Origin: Candidatus Uhrbacteria bacterium GW2011_GWC2_41_11
GTDB taxonomy: Bacteria > Patescibacteriota > Patescibacteriia > UBA9934 > GWF2-40-263
Assembly: GCA_000996355.1 (NCBI GenBank)
Contig: LCAH01000001.1
Location: 18,482-82,481, forward strand
Direction: 5' to 3'
DNA length: 64,000 bases
Part shown: one piece after another, positions 37,726 to 48,572 of the stretch
Position numbering within the stretch: the first letter of the stretch is position 1
Layout of the letters: every line of letters begins with the position of its first letter
Position numbers and translations under genes: made by a program
The notes under the pieces: model-generated
Told to the model about the DNA's origin: nothing
Databases searched by the model: none
Seen by the model: the letters and a program-made list of their open reading frames with translations, nothing else

Positions 37726-39108
37726 ATGTCACAGCCTTATTATCATCTTATTACGTTTGGGTGTCAGATGAATAAATCTGATTCAGAACGAATGGACACT
37801 CTGTTTTTACGTATGGGATTTCTTTCAACAGATGATCGAAATGAGGCTGACTTGATTTTGATCAATACATGTTCCGTACGCCAATCTGCCGAAGATCGTG
37901 TGTTTGGGCTTATGCGACAAGTTGCTCTTTTGAAAGAAAAGAACCCCAATCTTTTGATTGGAATTACCGGATGTATGCCAGGAAGAGATCGAACAGGTGT
38001 GCTTCGGAAAAAATTTCCTCATGTTGATTTCTTTTTTCCTATCTCTGATCTTCCTCAATTACCACGTTGGATCGGAGAGCTCCATCCTGAATGGGTGAAC
38101 TCTACAGATTTTTCTGATGATTATTTGAAAATTCATCCATTGCCTCAAGGGCGCAAACAAGCCTTTGTAACCATTCAAACCGGATGCAATAAATTTTGTA
38201 CGTATTGTGTTGTTCCATTCAGTCGAGGATTTGAAAAGAATCGACCGGTTCAGGATATCCTCCATGAAATTCATAGTCTTGCTGCAGATGGATGTGTAGA
38301 AGTGACCTTGCTTGGTCAAACCGTGAATAGTTATCGGGCGCCAGACCCAGAACATTTTTCTTCCACTAATCCTTATCAGGATCATTTTGCCGCACTTCTT
38401 TGGGAGATCAATCAAATTTCAGGAATTTTGCGATTACATTTTACAGCCCCACATCCGCTCCATATGTCAGATGAAACAGTGGATGCGATGACGTTACCAA
38501 CTCATGTCAATTTTTTGCATATTCCTGTGCAGTCTGGAGACAATGAAGTGCTCCGACGTATGAATCGACGATATACGCGTGAACAATTTATGGAAATCAT
38601 TGCTTACGTTCGTGCAAAAATTCCTACGATCGCGATTGGAACAGATATTATTGTCGGTTTTTGCGGAGAAACAGAAGAACAATTTGAACAGACGGTTGAT
38701 TTGTATCGTCATGTTCGATTTGATATTAGTTATACAGCGATATATTCGCCCAGAACCGGTACAGCCGCTTATCGGGCATTTAAAGATGATGTTTCAAGAG
38801 AAGAGAAACGTCGCCGTTGGAATGTTTTGCAAGAACTCATGGAGCAAATTGTTTTGGAAAATAATCAGGCGTATATTGGAAAAAAAGTGAGTGTCCTTGT
38901 TGAACGGCACGAACCGTCAAAAATAACAGATGAACTTTTAACCATGCCGGGAAATATTCGTGAAAAGCTTATGAGTCAGCCAGGTACGTGTATTGGAAAT
39001 TCTCGCGAAATGAAGATGGTTCAGTTTCCTGGAGGAAAAGAACTTGTAGGAAAAGTTGTAGATGTGTTGGTTGAGGAAGCGAAGGAGTGGGTATTGAGAG
39101 GTAGATAA
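37726..39108 (+). CDS. miaB: tRNA i6A37 methylthiotransferase MiaB
   Basis: TFGCQMN.SDSE, NTCSVR, CNKFCTYC radical-SAM motif, TRAM domain. Confidence 0.95.
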   Translation: MSQPYYHLITFGCQMNKSDSERMDTLFLRMGFLSTDDRNEADLILINTCSVRQSAEDRVFGLMRQVALLKEKNPNLLIGITGCMPGRDRTGVLRKKFPHVDFFFPISDLPQLPRWIGELHPEWVNSTDFSDDYLKIHPLPQGRKQAFVTIQTGCNKFCTYCVVPFSRGFEKNRPVQDILHEIHSLAADGCVEVTLLGQTVNSYRAPDPEHFSSTNPYQDHFAALLWEINQISGILRLHFTAPHPLHMSDETVDAMTLPTHVNFLHIPVQSGDNEVLRRMNRRYTREQFMEIIAYVRAKIPTIAIGTDIIVGFCGETEEQFEQTVDLYRHVRFDISYTAIYSPRTGTAAYRAFKDDVSREEKRRRWNVLQELMEQIVLENNQAYIGKKVSVLVERHEPSKITDELLTMPGNIREKLMSQPGTCIGNSREMKMVQFPGGKELVGKVVDVLVEEAKEWVLRGR

Positions 39109-39124
39109 AAATAAGTTTCATATT

Positions 39125-39901
39125 ATGCCATTATCCCGAGAGTCGTTTGGATCTGCTAGAGAAGCTTTTCGACGTTTGAAAAAAGCTGTTCCGGAAGGTG
39201 TGTTTGTTGAACCGGAACGTTGGGGAATTTATTCGAGTACTGCCAAGGATTACAGCAAGGCTTTTTCTGGTTTTGTTCAGGATGGAAATTGGGATCGATT
39301 TTTTCAGGAACGAAAGTATGCAGGACGGTCCGCTGTTTGTTTGGATCTTGCTAGCGACGGCACAGCTTTGATTGATATGTCTATTGATGCCGGACTTGCA
39401 GTCGGATTATCGAATGTTTTTGGGCAAAAAAAGGATCTTTTGGAACAAGGAAAAGTCGAAACAATCGCCGGAAATATATTGGAGTCAAAGACGTGGAGAA
39501 TGATTGATGAATGGTTGAAAAAACAAGATACTACATCATTTGATACTGTTTTCTTTCGACCAAGAGGAGGAATAAAATATATAGGGACTCGGAAAGAAGG
39601 AAAGTATTCAACTCAAATTGACATGGAAATTTTTTCCGTACTTATTTCGAGAATATATGAACATCTTTCTCCGAATGGTGGTGAATTGTTTTGGGAAGTT
39701 GATTTAGAAAATAAATTTGAAGAAGGATCTTCAGGTGCTTTAGAAATGAATACATTTGTACAAGTCCTAAATTCATTTCCAGGAGTTTTTGCTGAAACAA
39801 AAAATAATCAAGATCATTTTTTCGTCTTTCATCTTCGTAAAGAATCCGGAGCGTTGCCAAAATTGATGTTCAAACCCTCAATGTCCCTTGAAAATAAATG
39901 A
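39125..39901 (+). CDS. hypothetical protein, class I SAM-methyltransferase-like fold suspected
   Basis: VCLDLASDG, TIAGNIL, FDTVF, HLSPNGGELF. Confidence 0.5.
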   Translation: MPLSRESFGSAREAFRRLKKAVPEGVFVEPERWGIYSSTAKDYSKAFSGFVQDGNWDRFFQERKYAGRSAVCLDLASDGTALIDMSIDAGLAVGLSNVFGQKKDLLEQGKVETIAGNILESKTWRMIDEWLKKQDTTSFDTVFFRPRGGIKYIGTRKEGKYSTQIDMEIFSVLISRIYEHLSPNGGELFWEVDLENKFEEGSSGALEMNTFVQVLNSFPGVFAETKNNQDHFFVFHLRKESGALPKLMFKPSMSLENK

Positions 39902-39902
39902 C

Positions 39903-40877
39903 ATGGATATTTTGCATAAAATTATCGCCGTTGTTGGTCCGACCGCAAGTGGAAAAAGTTCGCTTGGAATCACTCTCGCTCAATTTTTTGGAGGAGAAAT
40001 TTTAGCTGTTGATTCTCGAACGGTTTATCGCGGCATGAATATCGGAACAGCAAAACCTGCGGGTGAATGGCAGACTCTAGAATCACCAAAAAAGAAATCT
40101 GGAGATATCCGTGCGTTGTTTGGTGGTTTGCATTGTCTTGTGGTCGAAGATGTTCCACATTGGGGATTTGATCTTGCAGATCCGGATGAGGATTATAACG
40201 TTTCTCTCTTTAAACAGGATGCAAAAAAAACCATTCAGGATATTTTACATCGCGGACATATCCCGATTCTTGTGGGAGGAACAGGACTTTGGTTTGATGC
40301 GCTTGTTCGTAATCTTGAAATTCCTGAAGTAAAACCAGATCTTCTTTTGCGACAGTCATTTGAAGAACGTCATGTGGATGATTTGTTTGCTGAATTTAAA
40401 CGTCTGGATCCAGATGGAGCCCTTGTGATTGATCGATATAACAAACGTCGCCTTGTGCGTGCTCTTGAGGTATGTCATGTAACTGGGAGCCCATTTTCCG
40501 AGCTTCGACAAGCCGGCAATCCTTTATACGATTGTCTTTGGATTGGTTTAGATATTCCGCGTGAGGAGTTATATCAGCGAATTGATACGCGGGTTGATGA
40601 GATGGTTGCTCATGAGTTTGTGACCGAAGTACGTCATTTGTACGAACAATATGGATGTGAGATTCCTTCGATGAGCGGTATTGGATATCAACAAATCTGT
40701 CGATTTTTTCAAGGAAAAGAAAGTTTGAAAGAAGCAATCGAAGATATCAAACAAGATACACGACATTATGCCAAACGTCAGCTTACCTGGTTTCGTCGAA
40801 ATTCTGATATTCATTGGGTAAAAGGAAGGGAAGAAGCAATGGATTTAACGAAGATCTTTTTTGTTAATAATACTTGA
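39903..40877 (+). CDS. miaA: tRNA dimethylallyltransferase
   Basis: GPTASGKS, DSRTVYRGMNIGTAKP, VGGTGLW, TRHYAKRQLTWF. Confidence 0.96.
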   Translation: MDILHKIIAVVGPTASGKSSLGITLAQFFGGEILAVDSRTVYRGMNIGTAKPAGEWQTLESPKKKSGDIRALFGGLHCLVVEDVPHWGFDLADPDEDYNVSLFKQDAKKTIQDILHRGHIPILVGGTGLWFDALVRNLEIPEVKPDLLLRQSFEERHVDDLFAEFKRLDPDGALVIDRYNKRRLVRALEVCHVTGSPFSELRQAGNPLYDCLWIGLDIPREELYQRIDTRVDEMVAHEFVTEVRHLYEQYGCEIPSMSGIGYQQICRFFQGKESLKEAIEDIKQDTRHYAKRQLTWFRRNSDIHWVKGREEAMDLTKIFFVNNT

Positions 40878-40902
40878 CAAAATAGTATTTTTTTGATAAG
40901 GT
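40874..40902 (+). promoter_or_regulatory. sigma70 promoter overlapping the miaA stop
   Basis: TTGACA-17-TAAGGT with extended -10 TG. Confidence 0.5.
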
Positions 40903-40948
40903 TCCTTGTTCTGTTTTCAGTTGAAAAGTTCTTTTTAGAAAGGAAGAA

Positions 40949-41533
40949 ATGATGAAAAAATTGGAGACAGTGATTTTGGCTCAGGAGATGATGACCCACG
41001 TCGGAGAGTTGGGCGAGGGAATGAAAGACACGTTGTATGTCAACGTGAAGATTCCTCTTTCGGCCTACCACGAACCTCCGCCGCCATTTACGCCTCCTGG
41101 CCCTTTTCTCATCGATGAGTCTCAACCCACTTGGGATGGAACGAATCTTGAGGATTTGTCTGCAGAGGATCAGGCGGCCTGGGCCGCACGGCTTCGGTGG
41201 ATCAATCAGTATGTCCTAGGGTTCGTCCCGAATCCTCTGGATCCGGAGCAGCTTGAGGATGCCCCGATCGATTGCATCGGTGGGACATTCAATAGCGGAG
41301 ACATCGCCTCCTATCCGTTGTGTGCGGTGTTTTTCCGTGGAGAGGATGTTATTCTCCAGTTTTCCTCGTACGTCTCTGACGGAAGAGGATGGCGATTTGC
41401 CCTCTCTCTTGCCTCGCGGATTGTGAAAGCGAGGAGGACTGGAATTCAGGTCGGCGTCTGTTATTCGGACGAAGACTTTTATTCCGAGAACTGGAGGGGG
41501 CCTTTTTACACTCCTTCTTGGATGAAGGAGTGA
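40949..41533 (+). CDS. hypothetical protein
   Basis: 194-aa ORF, visibly more GC-rich than its neighbours, SD-like AAGGA. Confidence 0.6.
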   Translation: MMKKLETVILAQEMMTHVGELGEGMKDTLYVNVKIPLSAYHEPPPPFTPPGPFLIDESQPTWDGTNLEDLSAEDQAAWAARLRWINQYVLGFVPNPLDPEQLEDAPIDCIGGTFNSGDIASYPLCAVFFRGEDVILQFSSYVSDGRGWRFALSLASRIVKARRTGIQVGVCYSDEDFYSENWRGPFYTPSWMKE

Positions 41534-41642
41534 TTTAAAATCCATTCCGGCGATGTGATTTCTGCATCGCCACTTTGATTCGGTTCTTAAGCAAATAATT
41601 GTTTTAGAACAGTGAGAAGTCACAAAAATTTGTGGAGGAGAC

Positions 41643-42206
41643 ATGAGAAGTTCGTCGTTTAAAGTTATTGGTGGTCAGAGTCTTGAAGATTATTTTTCAG
41701 CTTTGTATGATCGAAAGCAAAAAATAGATGTCTCGTTTGTTCTCGATTCAGGGATCAAACCTGTTATTCTTAAGGTTCCGGTGACCTATATGAAACAGGG
41801 TGAAGGAGATGTAGATTGGGTTATTGGAGGATATATCCCTTTTTTGGGATTCGATTATGAGGCTCGTGTTTATTTTTCTCCAGAGAGAAAACCGGTAGGA
41901 TATGTCCAGTTTTCTTCTCAGCCGGGCTTAGCCATGCGTTTTTCGCAATTGAAGAATATTTGGTGGGTTCTGTGTGGACGCAATATTATATTGCGTGAGA
42001 CGAGTGGACACTATCTTACGCCCCGATTGGAAGTGGCTGAGGCAATTTTAGATGCTGTTATCATCCACTACTTGCCTTTTGAAGATTGTTCAGTCAAATT
42101 TCATGGAGAGCTTCCGACTGGGAAACACCATCGGTGGGAGTTGAATTCAGGTTCTTGTGAAGTGTCAGATGCACTTTTGGCGAATTCAGCTCAGATTTTT
42201 GCCTGA
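41643..42206 (+). CDS. hypothetical protein
   Basis: 187-aa ORF with GGAGGAG SD; terminator at about 42230-42263. Confidence 0.6.
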   Translation: MRSSSFKVIGGQSLEDYFSALYDRKQKIDVSFVLDSGIKPVILKVPVTYMKQGEGDVDWVIGGYIPFLGFDYEARVYFSPERKPVGYVQFSSQPGLAMRFSQLKNIWWVLCGRNIILRETSGHYLTPRLEVAEAILDAVIIHYLPFEDCSVKFHGELPTGKHHRWELNSGSCEVSDALLANSAQIFA

Positions 42207-42289
42207 GCTATATTACCGAATTCTAAACTAAAACGCACCAGTCTTTCGTCCGGTGCGTTTTTTTGTTTTCTCTGGTATTATGAAAAATT

Positions 42290-42619
42290 ATGAACCCTTT
42301 TTTTATTATTATTCTTCTCGGTACGATTGGAGTCCTTGGAGATTTCTTTATGAAACTTGCAGGGAGCGGAGAGAAATCCGTTGATGTAAAATGGTTTCTC
42401 ATTGCTTTTTTCCTGTATGCATCCACGTCGTTTGGCTGGTTGTATGTTATGAAACGCGTGGAGCTTTCGTCCATTGGCGCTATCTATTCACTCGTGACGA
42501 TTCTTCTTCTTGTTCTGATCGGTGTTTTTTATTTTCACGAGCGTGTGAATGGATACGAATTGGCAGGTATCATTATGGCTGTGAGTTCGCTTTTTCTTCT
42601 TACAAAATTCGCTTCCTGA
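42290..42619 (+). CDS. SMR/DMT-superfamily small membrane transporter
   Basis: 109 aa, 4 TM, C-terminal GVFYFHE...GI motif. Confidence 0.8.
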   Translation: MNPFFIIILLGTIGVLGDFFMKLAGSGEKSVDVKWFLIAFFLYASTSFGWLYVMKRVELSSIGAIYSLVTILLLVLIGVFYFHERVNGYELAGIIMAVSSLFLLTKFAS

Positions 42620-42635
42620 AATATTTTTTTGTTTA

Positions 42636-43994
42636 TCAAAGCATCCCATCTTTTTTTGCTTGCTCGAAAAAATGAGTAAGAATTGGAAGAGGATTTGATG
42701 GAGAAAATGTGATGGTCATATTTGATCCAGATATTTTTTTTCCTTGTTTTTGTTGTCGTTCTTTTTCTGTTGCAATATCTTTTTCTGCAAGTTTTTCTAT
42801 TCCACGATATGTTTGGCATGTTTCTTTCCACACAGTTTCGGTTGCTCTTTTTAAGGCCAAAAATTTTTGGGTGCGTGCATCTCCCTTTGCAGATTTTAAT
42901 ACTTCCGGGTCAATAAGAAATTTTTTTTGTGCTGTATCTATTTTTTTGAGAAGTTCAAACAAATTTTCTTTCCAATCCTGTTGACGATTTATAGCCTGAA
43001 ATGTTTCTTCAAAGATTCCAAATGCTTTTGCGCGAACTCCATTTGATTTTTCAGAAATCCAAGCATCTTCTTTTTGGATGAGTTGTTCTATCCAGTATTT
43101 ATAGTCTTTTTCTCCATTTCTTCCTTCCAAAGTTGGCATAATTCTTTGGCGAGCTTGTTGGATTTCAGCTGTTTGAATCGTGTTTCCTATACGATTTATT
43201 TGATCTTGTTTTGCTGTATCAATCATGCGCAAAATACCATACAAAACCTCAGTCAGACGATCCATATCTCTATGTATAGCAACAGCATCTTTTGTTTCTA
43301 ATCGACCTAAACGTCGCTGTTCTTCTATAGTCCATCCAAGTTGACCAACACGTTGCCCATTCTCTCGAAAGATCTGTTCAAGAATATGGAGAAATTGATC
43401 CGGATTTTGATGTTGATTTTCAGCTATTTCCTCCGTTGTTTTTCCAAGAACATAACGGATACTGGCTGTTATGGATTCTTTAATAGCTATCCCAGATCCG
43501 GAAATAAGAAAATTTGGTTTTTCCAATGTGCGTAGCGTTTTATAGATGTGACCAGAAATGACCTGAGGAGATGGTTCTTCTACAGAGGGATAAAGTTTTT
43601 CACATCCAGCGCGAAAAATACGGTCTGCAGCAATAAAAGTCTGCTCTGCATGAACAGATGGATCCAGGACGGATAAATCTTCATGTCTCGGATCAAGGGA
43701 AATCATTGTATCGAGCGTATCTGCTAAGGTGTCTGCATATTGTCCTTCAGTCCAACTCGTCATGTCTTCGTCTAAGAGGCGTGTAGCATCATTGGAGAGC
43801 CGATTGTAATAGGTCCAATTTTGATCTCTTTCTCCGCCAGCCAACTCTTTTGCTGCACGTTTTTTATTGTCAAAATAATCCTTTGCGGTTTCTGTAACGG
43901 GAAGAATGGTATCTTTTCGATATCGTGATTTTTCTTTTCCTCGAAACAGATCATGGCTGTTTGTGGACGCGATTTGTTCAGACCTTGTGTTCAT
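42636..43994 (-). CDS. hypothetical helical protein
   Basis: 452-aa ORF overlapping the gatB stop by 4 bp. Confidence 0.65.
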   Translation of the reverse strand: MNTRSEQIASTNSHDLFRGKEKSRYRKDTILPVTETAKDYFDNKKRAAKELAGGERDQNWTYYNRLSNDATRLLDEDMTSWTEGQYADTLADTLDTMISLDPRHEDLSVLDPSVHAEQTFIAADRIFRAGCEKLYPSVEEPSPQVISGHIYKTLRTLEKPNFLISGSGIAIKESITASIRYVLGKTTEEIAENQHQNPDQFLHILEQIFRENGQRVGQLGWTIEEQRRLGRLETKDAVAIHRDMDRLTEVLYGILRMIDTAKQDQINRIGNTIQTAEIQQARQRIMPTLEGRNGEKDYKYWIEQLIQKEDAWISEKSNGVRAKAFGIFEETFQAINRQQDWKENLFELLKKIDTAQKKFLIDPEVLKSAKGDARTQKFLALKRATETVWKETCQTYRGIEKLAEKDIATEKERQQKQGKKISGSNMTITFSPSNPLPILTHFFEQAKKDGML

Positions 43995-45538
43995 AGAAAA
44001 AATGAAGAAGACGTTTTTTCCAATTCAACTAAAAGCATATTTCGTGCCATTCCCGGATCTGCTTTGCCTCCTGTTTCTTTCATAATGAGACCAATGAAAA
44101 AAGCGAGTAATTGTTTTTCTCCATTTTTATAACGGGTTGCTTCTGTTTGGTGCTGTTCAACAACACGTGAAACAACTTCTGCAATAATACCTTCATCTGA
44201 AACAAGACCCAGATGTTTTTCTTCCATGATATGTGATGGATCTCTTCCTGTGCCAAACATTTCTGTGAGAATCGCAAGACCATTTTGTGTGGAGAGTTTT
44301 CCTGTGGCAAGAAGGGTAATGAATTCGGCAAAATTTTCCGGATCAATTTTTGCATCTCGAATACCAATTCCGCGTTCTTTGAGGATGCCGCCGAGTTTGG
44401 AAATAAGCCATCCGCTGACTAATTTTGCGACTTTTTTATGTTCTCGTTCCAAAACAGTTTCTTCGGCTCCGTCAAATTCAGGAAGACTTTGTATCCAGGC
44501 ATGAAGTTCAGAAAAAACATGTTCCGCATAATTCGCTAAGACAGGTTCTTCACAAAGGATACGCGCATCGCCGGCCGTGAGACCATATTCAGAAACAAGT
44601 CTCATGCGTTTGGCAGCAGGGAGTTCAGGAAGAGTTCCACGAATGGCATCTGCAAGTTCTGTAAGTTCCATGGGAGGAATATCCGGTTCTGGAAAATAGC
44701 GGTAATCCTCAGCCTGTTCTTTTGTCCGTTGCGGTTCTGTCGATTGGGTCACATCATTCCATCCACGCGTGGAAGAAAGAGAAGGAGGTGTTCCTTTTTC
44801 CCAAAGATCTGTCTGGCGGCGAATTTCGTGTTCAAGAGCTCGTTCTACGGCACGGAATGAGTTCATGTTTTTTACTTCTGTTTTTGGATTGAGAAATGCG
44901 CCAACAATGTTTCCTTCCTCATCAAATTGTCGAAGGGAAATATTAGCGTCGCAGCGAAGCTGGCCTTTTTCCATGTCTGCATCTGAGATTCCAAGCGTGC
45001 GAGCCATGAGACGGAGTTCTTGGAGAAAAATCTTGGCTTCATGAGGTGTACGAAAATCCGGTTCTGTCACAATTTCAAGCAAAGGTGTCCCCGCACGATT
45101 AAAATCCACATAACTTTTTCCTGAAGCATCATGAAAAGACTTTGCTGCATCTTCTTCTAGGTGGGCACGTGTAATGTCAATTTTTAAATGAGGACGCGGT
45201 CCTTCTGGAACATCAATTTCCATAGATCCTTCTGCAGCAATAGGCATGTCGTATTGGGAAATTTGGTATCCTTTTGGAAGATCTGGGTAGAAATAATGTT
45301 TTCGATCAAATTTGGAATAGGAGGCAATGCGACATCCAAGTGCCATTCCCATAAGAATTCCCCATCGAATAGCTTGTTCATTTGGAACAGGAAGTGTTCC
45401 CGGATGACCAAGACAAATAGGGCATACATTTGAATTGGGAAGAATAGCATTACCTTGAACAGGGCAAGAACAAAACATTTTTGACTGAGTCTTGAGTTGA
45501 ATATGAATTTCCAGGCCGATAATAGGTTCAAAATGCAT
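43991..45538 (-). CDS. gatB: Asp/Glu-tRNA amidotransferase subunit B
   Basis: IGLEIHIQL, RKHYFYPDLPKGYQISQ, HLEEDAAK, LRCDANIS, DYRYFPEPD. Confidence 0.97.
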   Translation of the reverse strand: MHFEPIIGLEIHIQLKTQSKMFCSCPVQGNAILPNSNVCPICLGHPGTLPVPNEQAIRWGILMGMALGCRIASYSKFDRKHYFYPDLPKGYQISQYDMPIAAEGSMEIDVPEGPRPHLKIDITRAHLEEDAAKSFHDASGKSYVDFNRAGTPLLEIVTEPDFRTPHEAKIFLQELRLMARTLGISDADMEKGQLRCDANISLRQFDEEGNIVGAFLNPKTEVKNMNSFRAVERALEHEIRRQTDLWEKGTPPSLSSTRGWNDVTQSTEPQRTKEQAEDYRYFPEPDIPPMELTELADAIRGTLPELPAAKRMRLVSEYGLTAGDARILCEEPVLANYAEHVFSELHAWIQSLPEFDGAEETVLEREHKKVAKLVSGWLISKLGGILKERGIGIRDAKIDPENFAEFITLLATGKLSTQNGLAILTEMFGTGRDPSHIMEEKHLGLVSDEGIIAEVVSRVVEQHQTEATRYKNGEKQLLAFFIGLIMKETGGKADPGMARNMLLVELEKTSSSFFL

Positions 45539-45609
45539 AAAAAAAGGATAGATTTCAAACCTATCCTAACATGGAATATAAACATGAGAAAGGAGAGATT
45601 TGGGAAGGT

Positions 45610-46353
45610 TTATTTATTTTTATCATCAGACAAAACCGTTTTTTCCCCCTTGAGAGCAAGATATAAATAGGTTGTATAGATCATGAAGATTGGAAAGAGA
45701 AAAATTTCTGTAACCGAGGCGATGACATCCATCCAGATCGGAGGAGTATCAATCCATGTTTCAATTGGAGTGTGTGTTATTCCAGCTACAAGAGCAATAA
45801 GAAGATTTATGACACACGCATACGCGAAAAGGATAGCAGCTGGACCAAGAAAAATTCTCCACGCGACAGACCAAAAATGACCTCGAACACATTCTCGACT
45901 AAAAGAGAGTGCACGGATTCCTTTTTGATTGTCTAAAAGAACAGCCATTTGAGTAAAGCTGAACCAGATGGAAAAAATGAATGCAGGAATGATAAAGAGA
46001 ATGATTCCACCAAAAATGACCGTTGTTTGCAATATACTGACAAAGAGAACAGATGGAAAATATTTCCATGCTGTTTCTTGGATGGAAAGAAGAGAGATTT
46101 GTTTATTTTCAATAAGGAGTTCCTTTGTAAGAAGAATAACAATGACTGCAACCCACGAAGCGAGAAAAAATTGAAGGAGTTCAAAAAATGTTGTTGTTAT
46201 TTGAATCCAGATATTTTCTGGTTGTCCGCTAAGATTTACCAGAATAATGCCTGCATACGGCAAAAGAAGCCAAGCAGCATAGCCGGCAAACAGAATAAAA
46301 TGAGTACGGTAAAAAAGAAAACTTTTTCGCAGAAGATCGATGACGGATGGCAT
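45610..46353 (-). CDS. polytopic membrane protein (paralogue of the adjacent gene)
   Basis: ALSFSRECVRGHFW...LYLALK motif shared with 46363..47253. Confidence 0.75.
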   Translation of the reverse strand: MPSVIDLLRKSFLFYRTHFILFAGYAAWLLLPYAGIILVNLSGQPENIWIQITTTFFELLQFFLASWVAVIVILLTKELLIENKQISLLSIQETAWKYFPSVLFVSILQTTVIFGGIILFIIPAFIFSIWFSFTQMAVLLDNQKGIRALSFSRECVRGHFWSVAWRIFLGPAAILFAYACVINLLIALVAGITHTPIETWIDTPPIWMDVIASVTEIFLFPIFMIYTTYLYLALKGEKTVLSDDKNK

Positions 46354-46362
46354 AGAAAGTTG

Positions 46363-47253
46363 TTATTCCTCTGCTGATTTTTTTTGTCGATTTTCCTTGA
46401 GACTCTGGTAGAGTAATCCGTCCGTAGTGAGCATGAGTGGATTGGCAAAAATGGCGCCGGTCGATACGATGATCGTTGCAAGGATTCCTGTTAATCGAAC
46501 CGCAAGATCTTGATTTAAACCAACGGCATTTGAGACAAGAAATTCTGCCGCATAGCTTAAAACACCTTCTGCCGCGACGACAATGAGGAGGAAAATAATT
46601 TTAGGAACAGCCATTCGGATAAGAATTCCCCAAAACCGTCCGTCGATGAGTTCCCGACTACGGCGGAGAGCTTTTCGACCGTGATGATCTTCAAATAATA
46701 AAGCAAATGGTGCGTACGTATAATAAATCAACCAACGAACAGTAAGAATACAAGCAACAACCACCCCGATAGTAAGCAAGACATTTCCAAGAGTAATAAG
46801 GGCATCATTTGTTACTGTTGTACCAAGAATTCCTAAACCAAATCCTGGAAGGGTAAGAATCCATGGAACAATAAGGACACATCCCAAAAGAAGATTGATG
46901 AAGACAAGAGACCAGAAAAATTTTTTCGAGATGTGAAATAATTCATTCAAGCTTATTTTCGTTTTTTCAAACTGGCTTCGTATGAGACGAACAAGACCAA
47001 TAAAAACGAAAATACCAACAATGGGAGTAATAAGACCTGTATTGATAAGCCAAAGAGCAACAGCAAACGTTTCACTTTGAGTAAGAGCACGTTCTGAAAG
47101 AAGAGTTGAGGCATTTGGATAAATAGCAAGGGAAATAATTCCAAAAATAGTTGGAATAAATAACAAACAGGAAATACTCATGACTTCCACAAAATGTTTT
47201 CGAAAGTGTTCCCAGGAATGGTCGATGAGTTGGCCAACGGAAATGAGGGGCAT
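46363..47253 (-). CDS. polytopic membrane protein
   Basis: ALRRSRELIDGRFW...LYQSLK; about 5-6 TM. Confidence 0.75.
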   Translation of the reverse strand: MPLISVGQLIDHSWEHFRKHFVEVMSISCLLFIPTIFGIISLAIYPNASTLLSERALTQSETFAVALWLINTGLITPIVGIFVFIGLVRLIRSQFEKTKISLNELFHISKKFFWSLVFINLLLGCVLIVPWILTLPGFGLGILGTTVTNDALITLGNVLLTIGVVVACILTVRWLIYYTYAPFALLFEDHHGRKALRRSRELIDGRFWGILIRMAVPKIIFLLIVVAAEGVLSYAAEFLVSNAVGLNQDLAVRLTGILATIIVSTGAIFANPLMLTTDGLLYQSLKENRQKKSAEE

Positions 47254-47311
47254 AGGGAATGGTTAGGAGATAGGAGTAGATGTGAGGGATTAGGAGTTGG
47301 GCAAGAGACGT

Positions 47312-48001
47312 TTATTTAAAAAATGGTGAAACAAGGTTCCAAATTTGTTCATGGATTTCATCTCGAGAAAGCATCGCACCACTTTTTACACATTCCATGA
47401 GAGGATATTGAGGAAATCGTGAAGCTAAATGGAGATAGGCTTGTTCTGCTTGCTCAAGATGTTTTTGATTTTCTTCATGAATATCTCGCGTCATGCCATT
47501 TTTTATTCCTTCTTGTTCCGTACGTGTTCGAATGAGATCAATTGCAAAGGACGTTGGAACATGGAGGATAATATTGAGATCAGGGCGGGGAATATGAAAG
47601 AGATTAAATTCGAGATCATCAACCCAGGAAAAAAATGTTTCACGCTCATTGGTATCCGTAATTTTTCCTCCCTGATGTCCCATATTTGAACCAACATAGC
47701 GATCCGCAAGAACATGAATGCCATTTTCTAACCATGTACGTATTTGGTGGGATGCGTCATAACGATCAACAGCATAAAAAATAGATGACACATATGGTCC
47801 AACTTCGTGAGCTGTTCCATATTTGCCGGATAAATATTCTTCTGTTGGTCCTGCATTTTTTTTTCCATATTGAGGGAAAGAAATCGTTTCAAATGGAATT
47901 TTTTGCAACGCCAATCGTTTTTTCAAAAGATCAAATTGTGTTTTTTTTCCTGACCCATCTGTTCCGTCAATGACAATGAGAGAACCTTTATTTACAGACA
48001 T
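47312..48001 (-). CDS. tmk: thymidylate kinase
   Basis: IDGTDGSGKKTQ P-loop, FPQY, DRYVGSN, PDL; ATG at 48001. Confidence 0.92.
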   Translation of the reverse strand: MSVNKGSLIVIDGTDGSGKKTQFDLLKKRLALQKIPFETISFPQYGKKNAGPTEEYLSGKYGTAHEVGPYVSSIFYAVDRYDASHQIRTWLENGIHVLADRYVGSNMGHQGGKITDTNERETFFSWVDDLEFNLFHIPRPDLNIILHVPTSFAIDLIRTRTEQEGIKNGMTRDIHEENQKHLEQAEQAYLHLASRFPQYPLMECVKSGAMLSRDEIHEQIWNLVSPFFK

Positions 48002-48026
48002 ACTCCCTATTATTATAGCAATTTTT

Positions 48027-48464
48027 TTAAATGAAACCAGTGGAACCAAATCCTCCACGGTTTGGTTGTGCGAGTATTTGTCCTTCTTCAAATTGGGCAT
48101 GAGCGACAGGGACGAGAAATCCTTGAGCTAAACGTTCTCCTTTTTCAATATGATAGGTTTGTGTACCGAAATTATGCAATGCAAGACGCAATTCATCTTC
48201 AGGTCCGCAATAATCCTGATCAACGACCCCAATACCATTGCCAAGACGAATGCCTTTTTTGGCGTTTGAAGATCGTGGGGCGAGAATAATGGCATATCCT
48301 TCTGGAACACAGATAACAAGACCTGTTCGAAGCATTTTTGTTTCTCCTGGAGTAAGATCAGTTTCTTCAAAAACAGCAAGATCAAATGCAACCGCTCCGG
48401 GTGTTTTATACACAGGGAAAGGAACCTCCGGATCAAGTCGACGGATAATACATGGAATGTTCAT
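48027..48464 (-). CDS. dut: trimeric dUTPase
   Basis: AVAFDL, PRSS, GVVDQDYCG, GERLAQ, RGGFGSTG. Confidence 0.95.
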   Translation of the reverse strand: MNIPCIIRRLDPEVPFPVYKTPGAVAFDLAVFEETDLTPGETKMLRTGLVICVPEGYAIILAPRSSNAKKGIRLGNGIGVVDQDYCGPEDELRLALHNFGTQTYHIEKGERLAQGFLVPVAHAQFEEGQILAQPNRGGFGSTGFI

Positions 48465-48572
48465 AGATTCTCATTTTGCCTCATTTTTAGAGGTTTTATT
48501 TATCTTTATTCTAACGGAAAAAGATGTCTCTGGAAACCAATGCCTATTCTCTGATAAGGTGAAGAGGATTCT

